From a virus, in IMG/VR virus record IMGVR_UViG_3300032322_001069, positions 13,970 through 77,969 of that record: DNA of 64,000 nt; one strand, given 5' to 3'. This document shows, piece after piece, positions 39,776 to 47,631 of the stretch. A program made the translations under genes and the position numbers. The stretch's first letter is position 1; every line of letters begins with the position of its first letter. A model generated the notes under the pieces. The model worked only from the letters and a program-made list of their open reading frames with translations, searched no databases and was not told where the DNA came from.

Positions 39776-39803
39776 AGTATACCAAAGATTGGTGTTTAGT
39801 CAA
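39776..39803 (-). promoter_or_regulatory. sigma70-type promoter for gp32
   Basis: TTGACT-N16-TATACT with extended TGn; the leader carries a CCAAGG/CCTTGG hairpin and AAGGAG. Confidence 0.65.
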
Positions 39804-40024
39804 AAAGGAAGTTTGGCCTTTTTGGGTAATAGATGCAGATCTCTACCCTCTTCGACTAGTTTTTCGATTATTGGTTTTGTAAGTAATTTTGCGGCTCCTT
39901 CTGGTTCAATCTCATAATCTCCGCAAAATTTTAAAATTGCATCCATATATGTGCAATTTGTTTTTGAAACATGTTCTATTATTAGTCGTGAAAATTCGTT
40001 TTTGAAAGTTGGTTCTATAAGCAT
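39800..40024 (-). CDS. gp33: late transcription coactivator gp33
   Basis: FS-I, YMDAI-C-IEPE-L-K-EK-E-L-LP; upstream of gp32. Confidence 0.85.
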   Translation of the reverse strand: MLIEPTFKNEFSRLIIEHVSKTNCTYMDAILKFCGDYEIEPEGAAKLLTKPIIEKLVEEGRDLHLLPKKAKLPF

Positions 40025-40062
40025 AATGAATACCCTATATAGTAGTGTAATTTGGAGAAAAA

Positions 40063-41118
40063 ATGCCTGATAATACTGATCCCAATTTGAATGTAGGTAT
40101 CGCTGGTGGTCTTACCGCAACTATTGCAACTGATTTTGTTGTTGATGTTTATGGTGCTACCGCTCATGTTCAATTAAGTAAAATGGTATTTGGTGGAACT
40201 TCAGATGCCACCAGAATCACATCGACCAGTCCATTACCAGTCTATGTGTCCTCTACTGGAGTCACCTTAAATACCAGAGCCACTATTTCAGGGGGTGGTA
40301 CTGCGGGATCAGTACAGGTAGTGAATTATAGCACATCTTCACTAAAAGTAAATGGTTCTGGTCTTAATAGTGCAGTTATTACACAAGACCAAGCTGGTAA
40401 TACTCTTCTAACAAATATTTACACCGATACCCAGGCATTTATTTCAAATTTTGGTAGCGGTGGTTATACCATAAAAACAATAGGGGTTGGTCCTACCGGA
40501 GCTACTAGCGGGTCTTATGTAAGATTATTCGATCCAACAACAAATTTAATTGCTGGTGTTTCAAATGGTGGTGGTAGTCCTGCTCTCATGGTCCAGGTAC
40601 TTGGTGCGCCAATTACCTTGACAGCCAATGTAAATCCTTCGGTTGGAATTTTTAACAGCGCAACTGGACCAGTGTATATTCAGGGTTCTACTGGTTCTCC
40701 AGTGAGTATAACCGGAGTAACACTAGAATCTCTTCTTACTACAATAAACCAATCTGGTAATTCTGGGGCAACATTTACCTCAAGAATTCCTCAAATCGAA
40801 ACATTACTAACAAATGGAACTGCAAAGGTAACTGTTAATTCAGAAACTCTACCTTCGACCATTCTTACCGGATTATTCACAGCCACCACTTCGGCTACAG
40901 GAATTTATCCTTCTGGATTTACTTGCAGCAAAGGAGTAAATCTAAAATCATATCCAACAAATACACAATACATCTTTGTTGGAGAAAGCGGTTTTACATA
41001 TGGATATCCTCTAAACAGCGGACAGGAAATATTCCTTGAAGTATCCAATGTAAACAAAATCTTCGCCAAGAGCGGTGGCGGAAGCACAGGACAGGCACTT
41101 TACTTTATAGCAAGATAA
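40063..41118 (+). CDS. Gly/Thr/Ser-rich putative virion structural protein
   Basis: GGAG RBS with a TATATA late-like box upstream; C-terminal GV-LK-N-IFVG-GYPL-G-IFLEV-N-IF beta domain. Confidence 0.7.
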   Translation: MPDNTDPNLNVGIAGGLTATIATDFVVDVYGATAHVQLSKMVFGGTSDATRITSTSPLPVYVSSTGVTLNTRATISGGGTAGSVQVVNYSTSSLKVNGSGLNSAVITQDQAGNTLLTNIYTDTQAFISNFGSGGYTIKTIGVGPTGATSGSYVRLFDPTTNLIAGVSNGGGSPALMVQVLGAPITLTANVNPSVGIFNSATGPVYIQGSTGSPVSITGVTLESLLTTINQSGNSGATFTSRIPQIETLLTNGTAKVTVNSETLPSTILTGLFTATTSATGIYPSGFTCSKGVNLKSYPTNTQYIFVGESGFTYGYPLNSGQEIFLEVSNVNKIFAKSGGGSTGQALYFIAR

Positions 41119-41119
41119 A

Positions 41120-42424
41120 ATGAGCATTGAAAGTGATATTGTAGAAGTAAAATCCATAGCTTCCTATGGAATCAAAATTGTGAATTCTTATTCAGATTTT
41201 GATTTGATTGGAAAGAAACTCAATTCCAGTCCACTAGTTTATTACTACAATACATTTGGCAATGCAATATTTGATTATTCGAATACAACAGATCAAGATG
41301 ATCTAGATCTATTAGAAATATTCCTTCAAGGAATTACTAACGGAAATACGTTTACAGTTACAAATGGTTACTATGTAAAAGATCAGGACGGTATAACATC
41401 AAACATCAATGGTGTGTATCAGTTCAACGGAGCTACAGGAAACAATCTATTACTAACAACAGTAATCTCCGCTACTGGAATAAACAGTGCTGAATTTAGA
41501 TACGAAAGAGATTTCTTTGTCGATCCACCTCAGTTGGATCTAAATTCTGGATTCACTGGGGATATCGCTTACATAATCACTTCTGTAACAAATCCGGGTG
41601 CAATACAGAATCTAGGTTTGTATGAAGATGACCTAGTTGAAATTTCATATGCTGGTAATACAGCAAATATTGACAGATATTCGGTAGAAAAAGTTGAGAC
41701 TTCTACAGACGGAACTGAACTTATTTTTGTAAAAGAACCATTGGTATCTAACAATAGAATCGGATCGGCAACAACAATTGTTGTTTATAACAGAGGTACG
41801 GCTACAGAAGAATATCTGAATAAGAGTAGAGTACTAAATGGAGCTGCAAGAACATATGATTCCGAAGGCACTCTATTAGAATGCTTTGAATATCAGAATG
41901 AACTTCAAGGATATCTAAGAAGATTCCGATATTCTGATTCTGAAACCACCAGCGTATGGGGATATGGAACAGATTGTAGCGGTGTTGCAACAAACCCAGA
42001 TGCGGCTGGCAGCGGAGCACTATACGATACATTCGTATCGGTTAAAGTAAGCACCAACGGATTCATAATAAATGGCCAAGTCAGACCAGCAATAACTTTG
42101 ACTCCAAATGTAACATACTTGTTCTATCAGGGACATATCAGTAACTACAATAGCATTCTTCCCCATCAAATGGTATTTACTAGAAATAGAGGCAATGTTT
42201 CTTCTTCTAGTTTATTGACTGATATTTACAGTATAAATGGTACTCCAGGAAATTCAGATTCTTATGTGTTGGTAAAACCAACATCACAGACACCAGGAGT
42301 ATTTTATTACGAGTCTCTAAATCACCCTAATATGGGGGGTGTGATTTATGTCGCAACTACTTTAAATTTGACTAACTTTGCTGCTACTACATCAATCAAT
42401 CGCAGCGGAAGTCTATACCTTTAA
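41120..42424 (+). CDS. putative virion structural protein
   Basis: 434 aa, beta-rich; C-terminal P-LT-TY-F...P-FYY-H-NMGG-I domain typical of phage fibre/structural proteins. Confidence 0.65.
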   Translation: MSIESDIVEVKSIASYGIKIVNSYSDFDLIGKKLNSSPLVYYYNTFGNAIFDYSNTTDQDDLDLLEIFLQGITNGNTFTVTNGYYVKDQDGITSNINGVYQFNGATGNNLLLTTVISATGINSAEFRYERDFFVDPPQLDLNSGFTGDIAYIITSVTNPGAIQNLGLYEDDLVEISYAGNTANIDRYSVEKVETSTDGTELIFVKEPLVSNNRIGSATTIVVYNRGTATEEYLNKSRVLNGAARTYDSEGTLLECFEYQNELQGYLRRFRYSDSETTSVWGYGTDCSGVATNPDAAGSGALYDTFVSVKVSTNGFIINGQVRPAITLTPNVTYLFYQGHISNYNSILPHQMVFTRNRGNVSSSSLLTDIYSINGTPGNSDSYVLVKPTSQTPGVFYYESLNHPNMGGVIYVATTLNLTNFAATTSINRSGSLYL

Positions 42425-43135
42425 TCAAATTGATAATTTTTTATCGGTCATTGTAATAATAAATTTACGAATCTTATCGATATATCCGCGATTTCTCAAT
42501 TCCTTAAATACTAGATTGTCCTGAGTAAATTCACCACTCTTTGCTATGGAATGTTTTCTTAGTTTTTGGAATTTTTCCAACAATTTCTCTGCTGCTTTTG
42601 TATCAGTAGTATTCTCCAAAGCATGATCGATTTGATAAATCGCATCATCTATTTTTTTCTTTAAAAGATCATCGTGCTCAAAATCAAGTTCAAGATTTTC
42701 TGGCTTAACTACCCATTTGCCAGTCTTTAAAGAATAGACTCCTTGATTCTTAGGAATATTCACCTCTCCTAATTGAGCATATACTTCTACCTCAGCTCCA
42801 TATACTGAGATATCGTGAGTCAAAGACCAAATTAACTTTTTATCCTTGAAGTATTCTTCGTCTGAACAATTTGGTATCTTCGATTTGTCTAGAATGATAT
42901 GGACATCTATATCAGAATCTTCGGTATAATTATAATTTGCATTTCCGCCAGTAAAGACTACATCCTTTACTGCCGAATTTGGTATTTCCGCAAATTTTAG
43001 CCATTCTTTGGCAATCTCAAGAAGTTTCTTACGAACTTCTTCCTTCAAAAAAATATTTACCCAGAACTTTGGATTAAGATCCGAGTGATACTGAAGGGTC
43101 AGTGCCTCCAATAAAAATTTTCTAGGATTCAGCAT
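42425..43135 (-). CDS. Pol-beta superfamily nucleotidyltransferase
   Basis: TGGNANYNY-SDIDVHI (hG[GS]...DxD) plus EVY third acidic position; GEF-NLVFK-LR-GY C-terminus. Confidence 0.8.
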   Translation of the reverse strand: MLNPRKFLLEALTLQYHSDLNPKFWVNIFLKEEVRKKLLEIAKEWLKFAEIPNSAVKDVVFTGGNANYNYTEDSDIDVHIILDKSKIPNCSDEEYFKDKKLIWSLTHDISVYGAEVEVYAQLGEVNIPKNQGVYSLKTGKWVVKPENLELDFEHDDLLKKKIDDAIYQIDHALENTTDTKAAEKLLEKFQKLRKHSIAKSGEFTQDNLVFKELRNRGYIDKIRKFIITMTDKKLSI

Positions 43136-43148
43136 ATACTATGTAGAT

Positions 43149-43156
43149 TATAAATA
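43149..43156 (+). promoter_or_regulatory. late promoter TATAAATA (back-to-back with TACATA at 43140-43145 on the minus strand)
   Basis: Perfect consensus upstream of GAGG RBS and ATG 43172. Confidence 0.75.
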
Positions 43157-43171
43157 TAAAGAGGTCAAATA

Positions 43172-43444
43172 ATGAATCATACGCCAATAAGAGCAATAAC
43201 TGTAAATCAAGGTGCAGCAGCAACCACAATTTCTGATAAACATAGAGCAGTAATTGTTTCTAATACTGGAACTGGTACAAGCGAAATAACTTTAAAATTT
43301 TTAAATATAAATGGCGCAGACACTGGTAATTTTGTCATAAGATTAGTCGCCAATTCTGGTCCATTTTATATTCCTTGTAGGGTAACTTCAATTTCTGTTA
43401 CCGCATCTGTTACTGCTGGTGCAACTATACTCCTCTTAGCATAA
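43172..43444 (+). CDS. small beta-rich late protein (candidate decoration protein)
   Basis: 90 aa; late promoter and RBS. Confidence 0.65.
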   Translation: MNHTPIRAITVNQGAAATTISDKHRAVIVSNTGTGTSEITLKFLNINGADTGNFVIRLVANSGPFYIPCRVTSISVTASVTAGATILLLA

Positions 43445-43854
43445 TGATTTTAAACAATCAAAATATAATGATATATGGATCAGACGAAGAAAAAAGTCTG
43501 AATGTTATTGGAATTACTAATGGATTGTTTACAGTCCCTGATGGGGAAACCTACACATTTCATGTAGATTTATCGGATATAAAACATAAAAAAATATTAT
43601 TTTCAGTAGTCCCTGCTTCGGAGGGTTCATTTACATCAGCTTCTACTATAAATTTTAGTAGAATAACTTTAAATTTAAATGAAAATCAATTTACGCATAA
43701 TATGTTTGATAATCTTACTAGTGCTTCTGTTGCTAGACAACCTCTTTTAGAATATATTCCCTCAAATTGTAGAGGGATAACTATGAGCGTTTCTTGCGTA
43801 CTTGGAGAAGGTCCATTTGAAGATGTAGCATATTATATTGCATTCATTGCATGA
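43444..43854 (+). CDS. hypothetical protein
   Basis: 136 aa; TAATG coupling with the previous gene; followed by a terminator. Confidence 0.6.
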   Translation: MILNNQNIMIYGSDEEKSLNVIGITNGLFTVPDGETYTFHVDLSDIKHKKILFSVVPASEGSFTSASTINFSRITLNLNENQFTHNMFDNLTSASVARQPLLEYIPSNCRGITMSVSCVLGEGPFEDVAYYIAFIA

Positions 43855-43882
43855 AAAAACCCCCTGCTGGAGCAGAGGGTTT
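43854..43882. terminator. rho-independent terminator between convergent genes
   Basis: Minus strand AAACCCTCTGCT-CC-AGCAGGGGGTTTTTT hairpin with U tract. Confidence 0.75.
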
Positions 43883-43904
43883 GAAAACTAACTATTCAGT
43901 TGTA

Positions 43905-44216
43905 TTAGATACGATTCTTCGCCTTTGTGCAGCTATTTGAGCACTGCTCAAGGCGAGTGTGAAGTTCATCCACATTTCGCCACATATCATTTCGGACGCT
44001 GTGGATTTCATTATTGAAAGTCACATTGTCAAACTCCTTTTGGAGTTGGCAAATGTGCTTCTGAAGAGCACGAATTTCACAAACAAGCAGGAAGACCGTC
44101 AGGCCAACAAATGACCAAACCAGAGGGGCCTTTGCATTATCAAGATGCAGAAGCAGAGCACCGAACGCAGTAAACACAGCAAGCCAACGCAAACCAAAAA
44201 TATTAGAATTAATCAT
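43905..44216 (-). CDS. membrane protein (two TM segments plus coiled coil)
   Basis: Two hydrophobic N-terminal segments; AGGAG RBS. Confidence 0.65.
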   Translation of the reverse strand: MINSNIFGLRWLAVFTAFGALLLHLDNAKAPLVWSFVGLTVFLLVCEIRALQKHICQLQKEFDNVTFNNEIHSVRNDMWRNVDELHTRLEQCSNSCTKAKNRI

Positions 44217-44361
44217 TTTTATTCTCCTTTTGAATAATTTTACTTAAAACTGAAACAATTTGGTCAATTTTGCGATTCTCCAGAATCATATTGACCTTGA
44301 TCTTTTCAATCTCATCCTTGAGAACTAGTACGATTTTTCTATCTTCTTCGGTCATAATCAT
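44209..44361 (-). CDS. small coiled-coil hypothetical protein
   Basis: GGAG RBS then ATG 44361; the longer track ORF extends into the tRNA. Confidence 0.55.
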   Translation of the reverse strand: MIMTEEDRKIVLVLKDEIEKIKVNMILENRKIDQIVSVLSKIIQKENKND

Positions 44362-44375
44362 ACTTATATCTCCAA

Positions 44376-44448
44376 TGAGTAGGGTGGGGGTCGAACCCAC
44401 ACATCTACCGTTATAAGCGGAAGGTTCTGCCGATTGAACTACCTACCC
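44376..44448 (-). tRNA. tRNA-Ile(UAU)
   Basis: Acceptor GGGTAGG/CCTACTC, D arm GTTC/GAAC, loop CT-TAT-AA, T arm GTGGG-TTCGACC-CCCAC. One U-U mismatch in the anticodon stem; no encoded CCA. Confidence 0.9.
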
Positions 44449-44509
44449 AATTTCAACCCGGCTGTCGCGCCAACCGGGTTGCCAACCTAATGGTTGGACT
44501 GTTAGTCCT

Positions 44510-44537
44510 ATTATACGGAGGAACTATCCTCTGTCAA
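44510..44537 (-). promoter_or_regulatory. consensus sigma70 promoter upstream of tRNA-Ile
   Basis: TTGACA-N16-TATAAT with both hexamers perfect. Confidence 0.8.
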
Positions 44538-44774
44538 GAGAATCTTACACTTTTGGTTAGTAACATGCCCAGAAGGAGTCAAAACCAAATAATTGCTCTT
44601 CTGGCGGTCAGTATCGTCACCAAGGCGATAGTTGACCTGTGTGCCTTTGTGTAGGCTTACGCACTCTAGGGCCTCTGGAGAGGCCAGACGCTCCATGATG
44701 GCCTTAGCAGCCACCACAGCCTCCTCTTGGCAGGAGGACATGAGAGGAATGTCAATGTGGATTCGGTATGCCAT
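44511..44774 (-). CDS. hypothetical protein
   Basis: 87 aa, coupled to the upstream gene; YRLGDD-DRQKSNYL. Confidence 0.65.
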   Translation of the reverse strand: MAYRIHIDIPLMSSCQEEAVVAAKAIMERLASPEALECVSLHKGTQVNYRLGDDTDRQKSNYLVLTPSGHVTNQKCKILLTEDSSSV

Positions 44775-44965
44775 TAGTCAATTAGGAACTTCTTTGTGCT
44801 TTCTGCCGAGATCCAATCGGTAGAACCATCTTCATACCGAACGCAATACTCAGTTTCTTCGTAAATCATACCCTTCTTGTCCTTTGCCCGTGAGGTTTGA
44901 GATCCAATCACGGTGCAAGGACGGCTATTTTCCGAATTTACTACTTTTTCTCCGTGCTTATACAT
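44774..44965 (-). CDS. small SH3-like hypothetical protein
   Basis: 63 aa, GGAG RBS; Y-GEKV...Y-V-Y-DG-W pattern. Confidence 0.6.
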   Translation of the reverse strand: MYKHGEKVVNSENSRPCTVIGSQTSRAKDKKGMIYEETEYCVRYEDGSTDWISAESTKKFLID

Positions 44966-45361
44966 TTAAATCTCCAATTCTTGAAAACCTTCGTTGTCAG
45001 TGTACCAAATTTCGTCAAAGAAGTCAACACACCACGCCAAACAATGCTTACAAGGCTTAGAATTTCGCAGTTCATTAAACCGATTCATGCGAAAATTGAT
45101 CAATTTCAACCTCTTTTCGCCTCTTTTGTAGCATTTTGGCAGCTTATTGAACGCATCTAGCTCAGAATGGACACAATCGATGACATATCCATACTTACGA
45201 GCAAGAGGATGCGTCTTGAATTGGTTAGTTCCAATCGAAACAAGCTTATTCTTGTGGAAGATCAGACTCACATGCTTCTTTTGCCTCTCCATTTGGAGGC
45301 AGATTGGCATTGTCTGGATTAAAATATCGTTTAGCTTCACGCTCAATTTGGGAATAATCAT
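44966..45361 (-). CDS. zinc-dependent cytidine/dCMP-type deaminase
   Basis: H-S...G-N, HSE, SKPCKHC deaminase motifs. Confidence 0.8.
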   Translation of the reverse strand: MIIPKLSVKLNDILIQTMPICLQMERQKKHVSLIFHKNKLVSIGTNQFKTHPLARKYGYVIDCVHSELDAFNKLPKCYKRGEKRLKLINFRMNRFNELRNSKPCKHCLAWCVDFFDEIWYTDNEGFQELEI

Positions 45362-45566
45362 AATTAGTCGCCTTTGACCCGACTATCTTCTCATTGTAAT
45401 ATCTCTCCACGAAGAAGTCAACCACTATTGGATAATGTTTGACAACATTTCTTGCCATCTGCCGAATTGCTTTTGGCACTTTGGGTGTCTGCTTTGGATC
45501 TAGAAGGCTGTAAATAAATTCTTTACAGCGTTGTAGTGCATAGATTTCTTCTTCAAGAGTTGACAT
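45246..45566 (-). CDS. conserved phage hypothetical protein
   Basis: L-DP-TP-VPK-IR-A-KHYP motif; start set at ATG 45566, just after tRNA-Gly. Confidence 0.65.
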   Translation of the reverse strand: MSTLEEEIYALQRCKEFIYSLLDPKQTPKVPKAIRQMARNVVKHYPIVVDFFVERYYNEKIVGSKATNYDYSQIEREAKRYFNPDNANLPPNGEAKEACESDLPQE

Positions 45567-45569
45567 AAA

Positions 45570-45641
45570 AGAGGACGACGGGACTTGAACCCGCAACATT
45601 GACCTTGGAAGGGTCACACTCTGCCATTGAGTTACATCCTC
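45570..45641 (-). tRNA. tRNA-Gly(UCC)
   Basis: Acceptor GAGGATG/CGTCCTC, anticodon arm TGACC-CTTCCAA-GGTCA, TTCAAGT T loop; no CCA. Confidence 0.93.
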
Positions 45642-45642
45642 A

Positions 45643-45713
45643 TTGAAGATCCTAGATTTGAACTAGGACAAACTGAGTCAGAGTCAGTTGTGCTACCGTT
45701 ACACCAATCTTCA
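45643..45713 (-). tRNA. tRNA-Gln(CUG)
   Basis: Acceptor TGAAGAT/ATCTTCA, anticodon arm ACTGA-CTCTGAC-TCAGT, CCTAG-TTCAAAT-CTAGG; no CCA. Confidence 0.92.
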
Positions 45714-45714
45714 G

Positions 45715-45789
45715 CATTCCCGATAGGATTCGAACCTACGACCTAGTGCTTAGAAGGCACTTGCTCTAATCCAACTGAGCTACGGGAAT
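45715..45789 (-). tRNA. tRNA-Arg(UCU)
   Basis: Acceptor ATTCCCG/CGGGAAT, anticodon arm AGTGC-CTTCTAA-GCACT, TTCGAAT T loop; no CCA. Confidence 0.93.
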
Positions 45790-45795
45790 ATAATT

Positions 45796-46122
45796 TTAGG
45801 TAGTAAGCTTCAGGCCAGAACCTAGAATCTTATTTGCTCCCGCTGGGGCAGTAACAAGACCGCTTACTGCTGAAGTGTACTGGGTTTCCATTTCACTCAT
45901 TGGACGGATCATAAACATAACATGTTCTTCACTGATTGTAAAGCCATCCTCTGCGCGGGTATATGGCATATATGGAGCAAATCCAATTTGCCCCTGTCCC
46001 ATCGGGATCAGGATATATGCCTTACTGATTGCATAATATCCTTCCTCTTCATGGAAATCCACCCTGCCGATAAGTTCTTCACCACTAGTTAAACGCAAGA
46101 TTTGTACATTGCTCATTTTCAT
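45796..46122 (-). CDS. conserved T4-like small beta protein (LRLTSGEELIG family)
   Basis: Conserved N-terminus, FAPYMPY; AAGGAG RBS. Confidence 0.7.
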   Translation of the reverse strand: MKMSNVQILRLTSGEELIGRVDFHEEEGYYAISKAYILIPMGQGQIGFAPYMPYTRAEDGFTISEEHVMFMIRPMSEMETQYTSAVSGLVTAPAGANKILGSGLKLTT

Positions 46123-46612
46123 TCTCCTTTAGCATTATAGTATACCACTCGGGTTCAGGATTGCAAGTCCATTTTGCAAACTTGCTTTTTTCTCCCACAT
46201 AGTACTTACGATAAGCAAGTACGGGATCTCCATGAACCTTGTATTTATCTGGCATAGCCTGAGCAAAATGAGTCAGACCGCGCTTGGGTAGTTCAGGAAT
46301 TTGTACGCTCATGGAGTACAAAAGAGGAAAAGACTTGTGGCACTTGTTATAACGCCTAGCGTAGATATGCGAAAGTGCAAGGGCATGATCCGTGAGCCAG
46401 ATGTAGTTATCCCTGCTATATGTGGCCCATAGGGTACAAGGATGATTCACGAAACACTTCTTGTACAAAGTTTCCTTATTGATAAAGCTTTCGCTAACAT
46501 GATGAACCGTAGAAAGCATTTGTGCGCTTTCAAGGATCATCTTAACGACATGCTTATCGCACATGTAACTAGCGGCCATGAGTGGGTCTGAATGAAGTGC
46601 AAAAATATTCAT
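46085..46612 (-). CDS. pyrimidine-dimer DNA glycosylase/DenV-like family protein
   Basis: MNIF-L-DP, CDKHVVKMILESAQML, NHPCT-W, Y-RY-K-H, F-QAMP, AYR-YY-EK. Confidence 0.8.
   Translation of the reverse strand: MNIFALHSDPLMAASYMCDKHVVKMILESAQMLSTVHHVSESFINKETLYKKCFVNHPCTLWATYSRDNYIWLTDHALALSHIYARRYNKCHKSFPLLYSMSVQIPELPKRGLTHFAQAMPDKYKVHGDPVLAYRKYYVGEKSKFAKWTCNPEPEWYTIMLKENENEQCTNLAFN
46139..46166 (-). promoter_or_regulatory. sigma70-type promoter upstream of the small ORF and tRNA cluster
   Basis: TTGCAA-N16-TATACT with extended TGn. Confidence 0.55.
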
Positions 46613-46614
46613 AG

Positions 46615-47631
46615 TTAGTGTCCAAAGACAGCATTATACTGCTGATTGACCTGAATGAATCGGGCATTGTTGAAAAATTCATCAAGATTTTTTGCTCCAA
46701 CATAGGTACAAGCAGAACGAATACCGCCCATGACTTCCGTGACAGTATTCTCAACTGGTCCCTTTGCTTCAACAATTACTCGCTTGCCTTCAGCAGCACG
46801 ATAGGAGTTTCGTTGATTATAATGAGTCTTCATTGCATGTTCCGATGCCATTCCGTAGAAGGTTGGAACCATAGTATTTGTATTATAATCAAACTCCCAT
46901 CCGCCGCATTCGTCGTGGCCTGCCAGCATACCACCGATCATTACCATCTGTGCGCCAGCAGCGAATGCCTTGGCGACATCACCGGGATGTACGCACCCAC
47001 CATCCGCGACTATTCCCAACCGATTTGGATTGCTCCGTGCTTCTCTTGCACAGTTCTGGACTGCCGAGAACTGTGGAAACCCTACTCCGGTCATCTTGCG
47101 TGTTGTGCAAGCACTTCCGGGTCCGATTCCAACCTTGATAAAGTCCGCGCCTGCTTTGCATAGTAGATTTACTCCTTCTGGTGTTACTACATTCCCTGCA
47201 ATGATATTTACTCTTTCGCCATACTCTTGGCGAATATTGTACACTAACTCACTAAAATTATCGATGTAACCATTCGCAACATCGATACAAACAAACTTGA
47301 ACTTGTTCTCAGACTTCATGACTTGCCGGAATGTTTGCTGGCTAGTCGTGTCAAGTCCGATAGTTGGAGCAGAGAAATATTGCGCGTGATATGATAGAGA
47401 CAAAATTTCTTCTGCGGTATAATGCTTGTGGAGGCATGTGAGCCACTGATACTTGCTCAGGGCTTCTGCCATCTCCAGCGTACCAATCGTCGCCATGTTT
47501 GCAGCCACGATTGGAACACCAGTCCAAGAAATACGACCAATCGTTCGCATCAGATTGACATCTGAGCGAGAGTTGACCGATGACTGACGAGGTACGATTA
47601 GAACATCCGAATAATCTAGTTGCGTTGCCAT
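46615..47631 (-). CDS. guaC: GMP reductase
   Basis: LDYSDVLIVP, CIDVANGY, AGNVVT, KVGIGPGSACTTR, DGG, FYGMAS, AEGK, GGIRSACTYVGA; no CBS domains. Confidence 0.92.
   Translation of the reverse strand: MATQLDYSDVLIVPRQSSVNSRSDVNLMRTIGRISWTGVPIVAANMATIGTLEMAEALSKYQWLTCLHKHYTAEEILSLSYHAQYFSAPTIGLDTTSQQTFRQVMKSENKFKFVCIDVANGYIDNFSELVYNIRQEYGERVNIIAGNVVTPEGVNLLCKAGADFIKVGIGPGSACTTRKMTGVGFPQFSAVQNCAREARSNPNRLGIVADGGCVHPGDVAKAFAAGAQMVMIGGMLAGHDECGGWEFDYNTNTMVPTFYGMASEHAMKTHYNQRNSYRAAEGKRVIVEAKGPVENTVTEVMGGIRSACTYVGAKNLDEFFNNARFIQVNQQYNAVFGH

Noticed and set aside
45567-45617. N-terminal extensions of track ORFs 45246-45617 and 44209-44400
   Set aside because: They run through tRNA-Gly and tRNA-Ile sequence; downstream ATGs at 45566 and 44361 are more plausible.
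45715-45789. Possible amber suppressor tRNA (loop contains CTA)
   Set aside because: The 7-nt loop CT-TCT-AA places TCT at positions 34-36, so it is tRNA-Arg. Likewise the Ile loop reads TAT, not TTA.
46615-47631. IMP dehydrogenase (guaB)
   Set aside because: No CBS insertion, and DVANGY, FYGMAS and SACTYVGA motifs fit GMP reductase better.
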